Shown here in pieces: positions 19,718-27,393 of a stretch of DNA of 52,748 bases. The stretch lies in sequence record PV660457; one strand, 5' to 3'. How positions within the stretch are numbered: the stretch's first letter is position 1; each line of letters begins with the position of its first letter. A model generated the notes under the pieces. The model was given only the letters and a program-made list of their open reading frames with translations, did not search any database and was not told the DNA's origin. Made by a program: the position numbers and the translations under genes. Origin of the DNA: Escherichia phage LF82-19.

Positions 19718-20368
19718 TTAGTTCCACCCAAGGAATCGAGCCATTGGAATCTTTAGGTTTCCGCGACCGTTGAAAATATCATTAAACCCTCGCTGATTTC
19801 GTCTGATCCATGTAGTCTGCAACTCCGAGCCAGTCCAGCGCATGAGGTTGCCAGAGTAACCAGAGGCAACGCCATCCGTTGACATTTCACCCATGCAGGA
19901 CTCCCACAGAAAGAATGGGTTGTAACCAGGTGATACGCTGGCAACGTTACCCTCAAGAGGCCAATTCCCGGCAACCTCAAGGAAGCCAGTTACACGAGGC
20001 ATTGAGGCAGCGCCCAAAGCAGACCAGATCAGTTGCCCGGAACCGTCGAACACGTCAAGCACGCCAGATGGAAAGTTTGCGTTTCTGGTTGTCCTGATCA
20101 CGCGGATTGAGTTTGGTAGGAACATATCAGATCCCGGAAACCCCCACGCGCCGTTAGAAAGAAATTGCACCCAATGCAAATATCCGTCTTGCTTCCTCGT
20201 GTTTTGGTTTAGGTAAGCCAGTGAGCTTATGTTGCCAAAAGGTGTGTTTAGGTTGTAGTCACCAGTATTTAAATATGACGGGTTGAAAGATGAGTGGTAG
20301 ATCGTGTGTTTCTGATCTGAGTTAATCATCATCGCCCCGGCGTTATTGTATACCTCAAAACCAGGCAT
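19718..20368 (-). CDS. hypothetical protein (MPG-paralog, long)
   Basis: 216 aa; shares MPG(F/L) N-terminus and (F/W)DGSG(Q/N)LI motif with the upstream 99-aa ORF. Confidence 0.45.
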   Translation of the reverse strand: MPGFEVYNNAGAMMINSDQKHTIYHSSFNPSYLNTGDYNLNTPFGNISSLAYLNQNTRKQDGYLHWVQFLSNGAWGFPGSDMFLPNSIRVIRTTRNANFPSGVLDVFDGSGQLIWSALGAASMPRVTGFLEVAGNWPLEGNVASVSPGYNPFFLWESCMGEMSTDGVASGYSGNLMRWTGSELQTTWIRRNQRGFNDIFNGRGNLKIPMARFLGWN

Positions 20369-20377
20369 ATTGCCCCC

Positions 20378-20677
20378 TCAGTTAAATTTGTAAATTTCGA
20401 TATCCATCGTCACATCGTTAAACGGGTTGCTTGTTGGTAGGTAGATAACATCAACAGCATTCTCACGCGTTACGCAAGCGTAAGCACTCCCTATGTAGAT
20501 GTTTGCGTATTTGATGCAAGCAAACGAGTTGTAACCGTTTATTCCGACAACAGCAAAAGACACGATCGAAGTCGAGCGCGGGAACACGATTTGCTGACGA
20601 TGCACAAAGCGAGTGCTGAAATCTCCGAGATCCACAATCAGATTTCCCGACCCATCCCATGCTTGTAAACCAGGCAT
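20378..20677 (-). CDS. hypothetical protein (MPG-paralog, short)
   Basis: 99 aa; RBS GAGGTGG; paralog of 19718-20368. Confidence 0.45.
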   Translation of the reverse strand: MPGLQAWDGSGNLIVDLGDFSTRFVHRQQIVFPRSTSIVSFAVVGINGYNSFACIKYANIYIGSAYACVTRENAVDVIYLPTSNPFNDVTMDIEIYKFN

Positions 20678-20712
20678 AATGCCACCTCGTGAGTTTGTTT
20701 GATTGAGTGCAA

Positions 20713-20741
20713 ATAATACACCAGCGAGCAGACAAAATCAA
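20713..20741 (-). promoter_or_regulatory. sigma70-like promoter for the minus-strand MPG operon
   Basis: on minus: TTGATT - 17 nt - TATTAT. Confidence 0.35.
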
Positions 20742-21115
20742 AGTCAACATGTCGTTCCTGTAGTTAGCTGTTAAGAAAATCACTTTCCGGCGATTTCGAT
20801 ACACGCAACTACAGAAAACTACAGCGTTATACATTGCGTAAGTATATATATAATAAGGGTTTATCTAATATTATTATTATTACTATATTCATGTTGTAGT
20901 TAGTGTAACGGTATCGTTTGGTGATTCCCGGATATCTTTTCGAATAGTTGAGTTAATTGTGTGGTTATTAGGATGCCGATACCTGGCTACCCCTCCGCAA
21001 TCCGCGTTAAAATCGATACACGCAACTACAGTCAGCATTCATGCGGGTTTGAAGGGTGTTTTTTGTAACGAATGCCATTATCGACAAAAAATAACACTAA
21101 CGACACGTTATATAT

Positions 21116-21143
21116 TTGACAAAGCGAATGAACCGCGTATACT
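21116..21143 (+). promoter_or_regulatory. strong sigma70-like early promoter
   Basis: TTGACA - 16 nt - TATACT, about 35 nt upstream of the exonuclease gene. Confidence 0.55.
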
Positions 21144-21176
21144 CAGCCACATCAACCACAACTGAGGAATAAAGTG

Positions 21177-22232
21177 ATGAATCCAACAAGACCTGAATCA
21201 GATTTTTTCTGGTTCACCAGCGATAAAATGCCGAACGATTTTTACCACGACAAAGAGGCATGGACTTTTGATTTCGTATCAGGCTCCAGCCTTTGCGACA
21301 TTCACCAATCGTCACCCGCTTCATGGTTCTTCGCCAAAAACGAGATCACAAAGGCGCTTGAGTTTGGTACTCAGTCACACACCAACTTTGAATCGAAGTC
21401 GCTGTTTGATGCAACGTATCGACGCGCACCAGCCCCGGAAGACTTCGAAAACTTGATTACGTCTCAGGCAGCGCTGGCTACGAAGTTGAAATCATTCGGC
21501 CTGACTGGTACAAGCGGGAAGCAATATCCAGAGCTGATCAAAATGATGGTTGATTGCGGTGAAGATCTTAACGTGTTGTGGCTTATTGATATGATCGCAC
21601 AGTGCCAGGCTTGGGCTGATGGCGTTGAGTTGGTCAAGGCTGAGGATTACGACAAGTGCAAGATGATGCGCGCCGTTCTGGAATCAGTGCCGGAATACGC
21701 AATGATGATGGAAAGCCCAACGGCAATGCACGAGCTTTCATTGTTCGGAAAGATCAGCGGCGTTGACGTAAAAGTCAGACTTGACTACGTTGACACGGTT
21801 ACTGATCCAAACCTCATTCGTCATTTTGGGTACGATCCAGAGCTACACCCTGAAATCATTGTGATTATGGACTACAAAACGACGAGCAGCGCCAACCCGG
21901 CAGATTTTGACCGAAAGGCATTCGATCTTGGGTATTATCTGAAGATGGCATTGCAGCGTGATTTATTCGTCAAAGTGTACGATGAGAAGCGCCCCGTTTG
22001 CTTGGTTCTGCTTACACAGGAAAAGAAAGAGCCATTCTTGCCACTTGGAAGGCCAATGACGCGCGAGCAGCTTCTTTTAGGCCGCAAGCAGTATATGGGT
22101 GTCATTCACACTTACTCGATCTGCAAGGAATCAAACGTTTGGCCTGGCTATGCAAACGGCGCTCCTTTCGTTAGCCTTGAAACGCCTGACTACATCAAGC
22201 GCCAGCATAAGGATATTTTCGGCGGAGAGTAA
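21177..22232 (+). CDS. PD-(D/E)xK-type exonuclease (putative recombination exonuclease)
   Basis: ATG 21177 with RBS GAGGAA; D ... IMDYKTT motif resembles D-(D/E)xK; adjacent to annealase and SSB. Confidence 0.45.
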   Translation: MNPTRPESDFFWFTSDKMPNDFYHDKEAWTFDFVSGSSLCDIHQSSPASWFFAKNEITKALEFGTQSHTNFESKSLFDATYRRAPAPEDFENLITSQAALATKLKSFGLTGTSGKQYPELIKMMVDCGEDLNVLWLIDMIAQCQAWADGVELVKAEDYDKCKMMRAVLESVPEYAMMMESPTAMHELSLFGKISGVDVKVRLDYVDTVTDPNLIRHFGYDPELHPEIIVIMDYKTTSSANPADFDRKAFDLGYYLKMALQRDLFVKVYDEKRPVCLVLLTQEKKEPFLPLGRPMTREQLLLGRKQYMGVIHTYSICKESNVWPGYANGAPFVSLETPDYIKRQHKDIFGGE

Positions 22233-22274
22233 TAGCACTAAAAGCTAAACAAAAGCGGTGATGTTTGGTATAAT
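22233..22274 (+). promoter_or_regulatory. palindrome variant TAGCA-N5-AGCTA plus hairpin with TATAAT
   Basis: TAA-TAGCACTAAAAGCTA, 21 nt, TATAAT inside hairpin AGCGGTGA ... TCACCGCT. Confidence 0.45.
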
Positions 22275-22311
22275 CACCGCTCAATCAAACGAACGAAAAG
22301 AGGCATAAGCA

Positions 22312-22971
22312 ATGCGAACTTCAGAAAGTATTATCAATGTTTCAAAGGCTCTCATCGAGGCGAAAAAGAAATTTGCCATCGCCAAAAAATCCGGTTTTAA
22401 CAAACACCTCAACTCCCATTATTCAAACCTGACGGATGTATTGGAGGCGATCGAGCCAGCGCTGAAAGAGCTTGATTTGATGGTTATTCAGTCAAACCTT
22501 GAAAGCACGACAGATAAGGTTATGCACATCGAAACGCTGATCCTTCATACATCCGGCGAATGGCTTGCATTCCAGTACAACATGCCTATAGAGAAAATCC
22601 AGGCTCAGGCATACGGCTCAACAACATCATACGGGCGACGTTATGCACTTTGTGCCGCGCTCAGCATCACTCAGAGCGACGACGACGCAGAGATCGCGAA
22701 ACGCACCGCGTCGGATTACAAAAAGCTGGTAGCAGATTGCAACGATATCGAGGCGCTTGGAACCATTTACCAAAGTGCCAAGCAATCACTCGGAGCGGCA
22801 GAGTGGAAAATTGCAGAGGAGCATTTGCGCAAACGCAAAGCAGAATTGCAAGCCGGAACGGCGCGAGGATTTAACCCACCTCAAAAGCAGGAAGCGCCAA
22901 AGAAACAAAATCAGGTTGAAGAGAAGCCACAACATCCGGTAGACTCTCAAAACATCGAAGACTTTAACTAA
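22312..22971 (+). CDS. single-strand annealing protein (ERF-like, putative)
   Basis: 219 aa between exonuclease and SSB; YGRRYAL segment; Lys/Gln-rich C-terminus. Confidence 0.45.
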   Translation: MRTSESIINVSKALIEAKKKFAIAKKSGFNKHLNSHYSNLTDVLEAIEPALKELDLMVIQSNLESTTDKVMHIETLILHTSGEWLAFQYNMPIEKIQAQAYGSTTSYGRRYALCAALSITQSDDDAEIAKRTASDYKKLVADCNDIEALGTIYQSAKQSLGAAEWKIAEEHLRKRKAELQAGTARGFNPPQKQEAPKKQNQVEEKPQHPVDSQNIEDFN

Positions 22972-23012
22972 ACCAAAGGGGGCGAAAGCCCCCTCACTAA
23001 CAGGAAATCAAA

Positions 23013-23498
23013 ATGCCGCACATCATCACAGGTGAGATCAAAAAAGCCCCGTACACCAAAGACGGAAGCAACAATAACGGGCGATGGAAAATGTACATTG
23101 TCGATCTGAGTGAGCGCATGAAAGTGCGCAACCCTGACACACAGGCCGATGAAGTTGTTTACACAAACTACAAGGCAACCTTCTTTGCAAAAGAAAACGT
23201 CATGCAGTGGTACGATGAAGCGTTCCAGGTTGGCAAGGTAATCAGCGTAACGTGTGACACGCTGCAAATCACCAGCCGAGATCACAACGGCAATACGTAT
23301 CTTACGGCTGAAATGATCCGGCCTCAACTGACCTTCAGCCAGCGAGAGGCTCAGCAGCAGGGATGGGGGCAACCACAGCAGCCGCAAGGCAATCAGCAAC
23401 AAAGCCAGCACAGACCACCACAGCAGCGACCACAGCAGCGACCACAGCAGCAACAGCCACAGCAGGGAAATCAGTTTGACGATGACATTCCATTCTGA
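23013..23498 (+). CDS. ssb: single-stranded DNA-binding protein
   Basis: C-terminal DDDIPF acidic tip, the E. coli SSB-type tip, preceded by Gln/Pro-rich linker; OB-fold-sized N-terminal domain. Confidence 0.7.
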   Translation: MPHIITGEIKKAPYTKDGSNNNGRWKMYIVDLSERMKVRNPDTQADEVVYTNYKATFFAKENVMQWYDEAFQVGKVISVTCDTLQITSRDHNGNTYLTAEMIRPQLTFSQREAQQQGWGQPQQPQGNQQQSQHRPPQQRPQQRPQQQQPQQGNQFDDDIPF

Positions 23499-23509
23499 CG
23501 GGTAAAAAT

Positions 23510-23535
23510 AAAGGAGCCTTTCGGCTCCTTTTTTA
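23510..23535. terminator. bidirectional terminator between ssb and tail fiber
   Basis: AGGAGCC-tttc-GGCTCCT then TTTTTTATTT. Confidence 0.55.
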
Positions 23536-25752
23536 TTTCAGCAATAACGACTCAAGTTTAGCAAGGCGCTCTTCCATTTCCTCCATTCTGTTACCCATGT
23601 AAACCATAGCACAGGCCATATCAGTAAGCATGACGTTTGAATCAAGAGCTAGCGTATCGTCCTTAAATCCAGTCTCGATCTGCCTGGCAACGTACTCCTC
23701 ACCATTCTCGTTGACTCCGATAACATCTTCAAAGATCGGAGCGCCAGGGACTACTTTCACATACTGACTATCAACTTTATTCAAGTCCTGAGCAATCAGA
23801 CCGAATCTCTGTGTGTCAGATCCCTTATACTTGAACATGGTTGGGAGCCACTGCATTACGCGATCATAGCTCTCCTTTCCTTCGGTGTATTTGATATCCC
23901 ACTTAAGATCCCGGTCAGACGTTGGCGCTTTCTGGAATGTATACCCCCCATCCCATCCTCCACCCTGACCCCATGAGATAATATCTGATGATGGTGCATG
24001 GAATTCAAATCCGCGATGGTACGCACCATCACCAAGCATCTTAATTACTGCGCGAGGCCATCCGTTGTTCCCGCTAGAAATCATACCAAGAGAGGTATTC
24101 ATTCGATACCCGCCAGTTGATGTGGTTGCCCCTGAGATCAATGAAGCATATCCGGCATCATTACCCGTTACATCACCAGCAAAGAACGTACTCCCCATGT
24201 AATCATTTGGCTGCGCCCAACCTCCTTGAGTTAACTTACCAAGAAACCCCCTTGGAGAAGATATGTGACCGCCGTATGAGTTTATGAATTTAAACTCCTT
24301 CCAGTCACTTCCTTGGTTGTTCACTCCGATCTTGAAGTGATCAATATCAGTGCCACTACCGCGAACCCCCCCAATCTGCCAGTAACCAGAGTACCAGTTA
24401 CCTTGAACCAGGTTAACCCAACTATTAACAGAGCCATCACCAGCAGCGTTTTGAATCAGGATGTTTTTGTTTCCGCCACTCTGAGTTGAAACAACGATCG
24501 ATTTACCCTGCTTTGCCTCTACGTTTCCGTTTGTTGCAACCAGAGCGCCGCCGCTAATCGTTCCGACGGCTGTCAGCGATGCAACTCCGGTAATGTTCCC
24601 CGCCTCATCAAACTGATAGTAGTTCCCCTTTCCTCCAGCCGTGTTTGCCGTGTGAATCGTTGTCTTTACAACGCCGCCTTGTAGTTCATTGTAAAATCTT
24701 GAGTTTGATTGCAGCGTTGCGCCGTCAGCAGAAAGCCTTTTACTCTCAATCAGCCCCCCACTAGTTGCTGAGCCAAGTGTTGTAGCCTCCACGCCTCCAA
24801 ATCTCACCGCTTGACCCGAGCCGATACCAAGATTGTTTCTTGCTCCGTCAGCAGTTGTTGATCCAGTGCCACCAGATCCGATAGGGATCGGGATTACATT
24901 TCCGTTACTATCCTGCCACTGGAAAATCCCATCATCGCCAATCGTCAGCCTTTTTGTTCTATCTGGCGTGCTAATGTAGTTACGCGTTCCAATGTGGCGC
25001 AGCCAGTCAAGATCAAGGTTCGTCCTCGCGGCTTGTACGTCAGTAAGATCAGATAGGTTATTTGCCTTCTTTAGCTGTTCGTCAGGGTTAGCCGTTGCTG
25101 CGCGGTCTGCTTCAGCCTTGGCTCGTGCTGCATCGTCACGAGCGGCGGCGGCAGATTGCCCGGCGCTGGTTTCGCTGTTTGCTGCATTCGTCTCGCTTAC
25201 CCTGGCGGCATCCTTGCTGGCTCCGGCTTGGGTTGCGGCAACTTCGGCGGCAACGCGTTGCTGATAAGCTTGCTGGTTCTGGCTTCCGGCCTCGCTTGCA
25301 CTTTGTGCGGCGGCGTTCTTGCTTGCCTCAGCTTCGTTTGCGTTAACTTCAGTACGATCAGCATCAACGCGAACGGCAGACTGAAGATCTTTCAGCTCTT
25401 GCAGGTTAAAGTTCTTGAAGAAATCCATAGCCTCCTCGATCACAGTTTCCTTGCTTTGGTAGTAGCGCAGAGTTTCAGCCACATCTTGAGCAAGGCCATC
25501 AACAGTGATTGAGTCATGCAGCAGGATTACATAGTTCGTACCATCCGGCACAACTGCATCATCCGTTTGGATCGCTCGCATTTCCGTGTCACTCACGATC
25601 GCGGAAATAGTAACCAGCGTTAGTGGTTGAGTTAAAAACACCATCGTTGCCCCAACGCGAATCAGAGACAGCTTGTCTTGCCATTTCGTATCAACGCCAG
25701 TTACAACGCCGTTAGCGGCCAATCCCGCCGTTCCTCTACGATAAATCGCCAT
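23533..25752 (-). CDS. tail fiber with C-terminal peptidase S74 intramolecular chaperone domain
   Basis: C-terminus DRDLKWDIKY ... GLIAQDL ... LAKLESLL typical of the autocleaving chaperone domain of fibers/endosialidases; Gly/Ser/Thr-rich beta-like middle; start at ATG 25752. Confidence 0.75.
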   Translation of the reverse strand: MAIYRRGTAGLAANGVVTGVDTKWQDKLSLIRVGATMVFLTQPLTLVTISAIVSDTEMRAIQTDDAVVPDGTNYVILLHDSITVDGLAQDVAETLRYYQSKETVIEEAMDFFKNFNLQELKDLQSAVRVDADRTEVNANEAEASKNAAAQSASEAGSQNQQAYQQRVAAEVAATQAGASKDAARVSETNAANSETSAGQSAAAARDDAARAKAEADRAATANPDEQLKKANNLSDLTDVQAARTNLDLDWLRHIGTRNYISTPDRTKRLTIGDDGIFQWQDSNGNVIPIPIGSGGTGSTTADGARNNLGIGSGQAVRFGGVEATTLGSATSGGLIESKRLSADGATLQSNSRFYNELQGGVVKTTIHTANTAGGKGNYYQFDEAGNITGVASLTAVGTISGGALVATNGNVEAKQGKSIVVSTQSGGNKNILIQNAAGDGSVNSWVNLVQGNWYSGYWQIGGVRGSGTDIDHFKIGVNNQGSDWKEFKFINSYGGHISSPRGFLGKLTQGGWAQPNDYMGSTFFAGDVTGNDAGYASLISGATTSTGGYRMNTSLGMISSGNNGWPRAVIKMLGDGAYHRGFEFHAPSSDIISWGQGGGWDGGYTFQKAPTSDRDLKWDIKYTEGKESYDRVMQWLPTMFKYKGSDTQRFGLIAQDLNKVDSQYVKVVPGAPIFEDVIGVNENGEEYVARQIETGFKDDTLALDSNVMLTDMACAMVYMGNRMEEMEERLAKLESLLLK

Positions 25753-25775
25753 TGTCAACACCTCTTGTTAGTAAA

Positions 25776-25790
25776 TAGCACGAATTGCTA
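25776..25790. promoter_or_regulatory. palindrome TAGCACGAATTGCTA downstream of tail-fiber -10
   Basis: lies between the extended -10 and the RBS of the tail fiber gene, opposite in orientation to early-promoter copies. Confidence 0.45.
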
Positions 25791-25796
25791 AAACGC

Positions 25797-25805
25797 ATTA
25801 TATCA
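25797..25805 (-). promoter_or_regulatory. extended -10 element (TGATATAAT) for tail fiber gene
   Basis: TGnTATAAT on minus strand about 45 nt upstream of ATG. Confidence 0.4.
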
Positions 25806-25817
25806 GGCATTCAGGCA

Positions 25818-25841
25818 ATAAAAAACCCTCCGAAGAGGGTT
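25818..25841 (-). terminator. rho-independent terminator after primase
   Basis: on minus: AACCCTC-ttcg-GAGGGTT then TTTTTTATT. Confidence 0.5.
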
Positions 25842-25851
25842 GTTGTTCGAT

Positions 25852-26787
25852 TTACTCCAGTCTGTCAATAAGAGATTGCGGATCGTATAGCCTACGCTGC
25901 ATCCCCTGGCGGAAATTGTCATTGTTCGGCAAGATTACCCTCAGATCCCGATCGTCAGCCATGCACAGGGTTTGGTAATCGGTAGACAGGCAAGCAACGC
26001 GAAGCTCACGATCTCCTTTGTATCGCCAAGCCACAATTTCAAGGTTCTCGGGCGTGAAAGTGACCCATACTTCCTGATTGGTTGCCGTCGCTACGCGATG
26101 CCCTTCGATTATGTCGCACACCAGATAAATAGAGCCAGTGCCAGCACCAAGCTTAACAACTGAACCGCGAGAATGATCGCGAGCCATAAAAGAATATTCC
26201 CCACTTTCATTAACAAACAGGATATTACACATTTCATCATCCAATCCTTCCGGTTGAGCGAGATAGCACGGATATGCATGAATAAGCGATTCTCCGCCAT
26301 TCTCGCGAGGTTTTACGCCTACAATGAATGATTCATCCAATAGGCACTCATAAACGCTTAGAGGCGTGCTGGCTCGCAATTCAGTGCGCTCCATAACAGC
26401 CATACAGGCATCGTGATCAACTTGCTTGCCAATATTGGCATCGGTTGTTCTCGCTATGCGCTTGTAAGCCTTCACGCGGTACTCTTGCGGAACCTTGCCC
26501 AAGAAGCGCCCCAGGATGTTAACCGCCTCGCTGTATGGCTCACCAGTCAGCTTCATGACCCAGCCAATGCCTTTATCGTTACCGCATGCGTTACAGATCG
26601 CCCCGCCGTCACCCTTCGACTCAAGGTTATCAGTCCAGCGGAAGCGGTCATTGCCGCCACAGTTTGGGCATGGCTGGTGTTTGCCATTGAATACGGTTGA
26701 GGGAAGAGCGCATATTGACTGCAACGCCTCGCGCCATAATCCTTTCATGTATGGCAAAACTTCCTCTTTCTGGTACATCATCGACAT
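25852..26787 (-). CDS. DNA primase (zinc ribbon + TOPRIM-like)
   Basis: N-terminal CPNCGG ... CNACG four-Cys zinc ribbon; followed by acidic-motif catalytic region. Confidence 0.6.
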   Translation of the reverse strand: MSMMYQKEEVLPYMKGLWREALQSICALPSTVFNGKHQPCPNCGGNDRFRWTDNLESKGDGGAICNACGNDKGIGWVMKLTGEPYSEAVNILGRFLGKVPQEYRVKAYKRIARTTDANIGKQVDHDACMAVMERTELRASTPLSVYECLLDESFIVGVKPRENGGESLIHAYPCYLAQPEGLDDEMCNILFVNESGEYSFMARDHSRGSVVKLGAGTGSIYLVCDIIEGHRVATATNQEVWVTFTPENLEIVAWRYKGDRELRVACLSTDYQTLCMADDRDLRVILPNNDNFRQGMQRRLYDPQSLIDRLE

Positions 26788-26842
26788 CGCAAAAACTCCA
26801 GTATAAAAAAGGGTTGCACCGATTATGGCACAACCCGCGAGA

Positions 26843-27301
26843 TCATTGATTAGCTTTTCGTGCTTTCAGTGTTTTCCAGGATGGTTGCTCCGGCTTGGTT
26901 TCTAACTCTTCCTTTCTCACCACGCGCAGCATGTGACGCTTTTTGCATCGGACTGTTAGCGGCTTGCCGTTGCCGTCGAATGACAGATCAGGGCGGCACC
27001 ACGACGCGCGGAAACCTCCGCCATTTCGTTTATATGCGTTGTGCGCCAGTTGCGCGCCTCGCGCTGAAATCATGCCGCGTTGCCGCCACTCATAAACAAC
27101 CTGAAGCGAAACGCGCAATTCTTTCGCCAGCTTTGCAGGTGAGCCGTAGAATTCAAGGATGGTATCTAATCTAGCCTTAAGCCCGGCCTTTACTTCGTCT
27201 CGTAAAACATAGTAACCTACTGGACGTTTTCGGCGCTTAGCGTCACTTCCGCGCTTCGTTCCATTGTTCCCATTAAGCGTGCGTTTATCTACGGTTTCCA
27301 T
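26843..27301 (-). CDS. HTH DNA-binding protein (Cro/YdaS-like, putative regulator)
   Basis: AKLAKELRVSLQVVYEWRQRG HTH-like segment; basic N- and C-termini; divergent from helicase promoter. Confidence 0.5.
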   Translation of the reverse strand: METVDKRTLNGNNGTKRGSDAKRRKRPVGYYVLRDEVKAGLKARLDTILEFYGSPAKLAKELRVSLQVVYEWRQRGMISARGAQLAHNAYKRNGGGFRASWCRPDLSFDGNGKPLTVRCKKRHMLRVVRKEELETKPEQPSWKTLKARKANQ

Positions 27302-27314
27302 AATTATTCCTCAA

Positions 27315-27356
27315 TAGCATTTTTTGTTAAAACTGGATTGTTGAGGCGTGTATTAT
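27315..27356 (+). promoter_or_regulatory. palindrome TAGCA-N5-TGTTA plus -10 TATTAT
   Basis: TAGCATTTTTTGTTA, 21 nt, TATTAT; upstream of helicase operon. Confidence 0.5.
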
Positions 27357-27393
27357 ATCAATCAAACGAACGAACATCAAAGGCATTAACACG

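Noticed and set aside
22560-22942. ORFs 22560-22874 and 22757-22942 overlapping the ERF-like gene in other frames
   Set aside because: Arg-rich out-of-frame translations inside a better-supported gene; no independent start signals.
23340-23470. CAG/CAA-rich DNA repeat inside ssb as a separate repeat element
   Set aside because: It is the coding sequence of the Gln/Pro-rich SSB linker, not an independent element; noted under the SSB finding instead.
24992-25512. Plus-strand ORFs antisense to the tail fiber gene (24992-25264, 25095-25346, 25156-25512)
   Set aside because: Alanine/arginine-rich translations mirroring the Ala-rich coiled region of the fiber on the opposite strand; no start context.
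26843-27301. Temperate lifestyle (CI-like repressor, integrase, attachment site)
   Set aside because: The only Cro-like HTH protein has no partner CI-type repressor with peptidase domain, and no tyrosine or serine recombinase is encoded; the gene content matches virulent T1-like phages. The tRNA is not flanked by an integrase.
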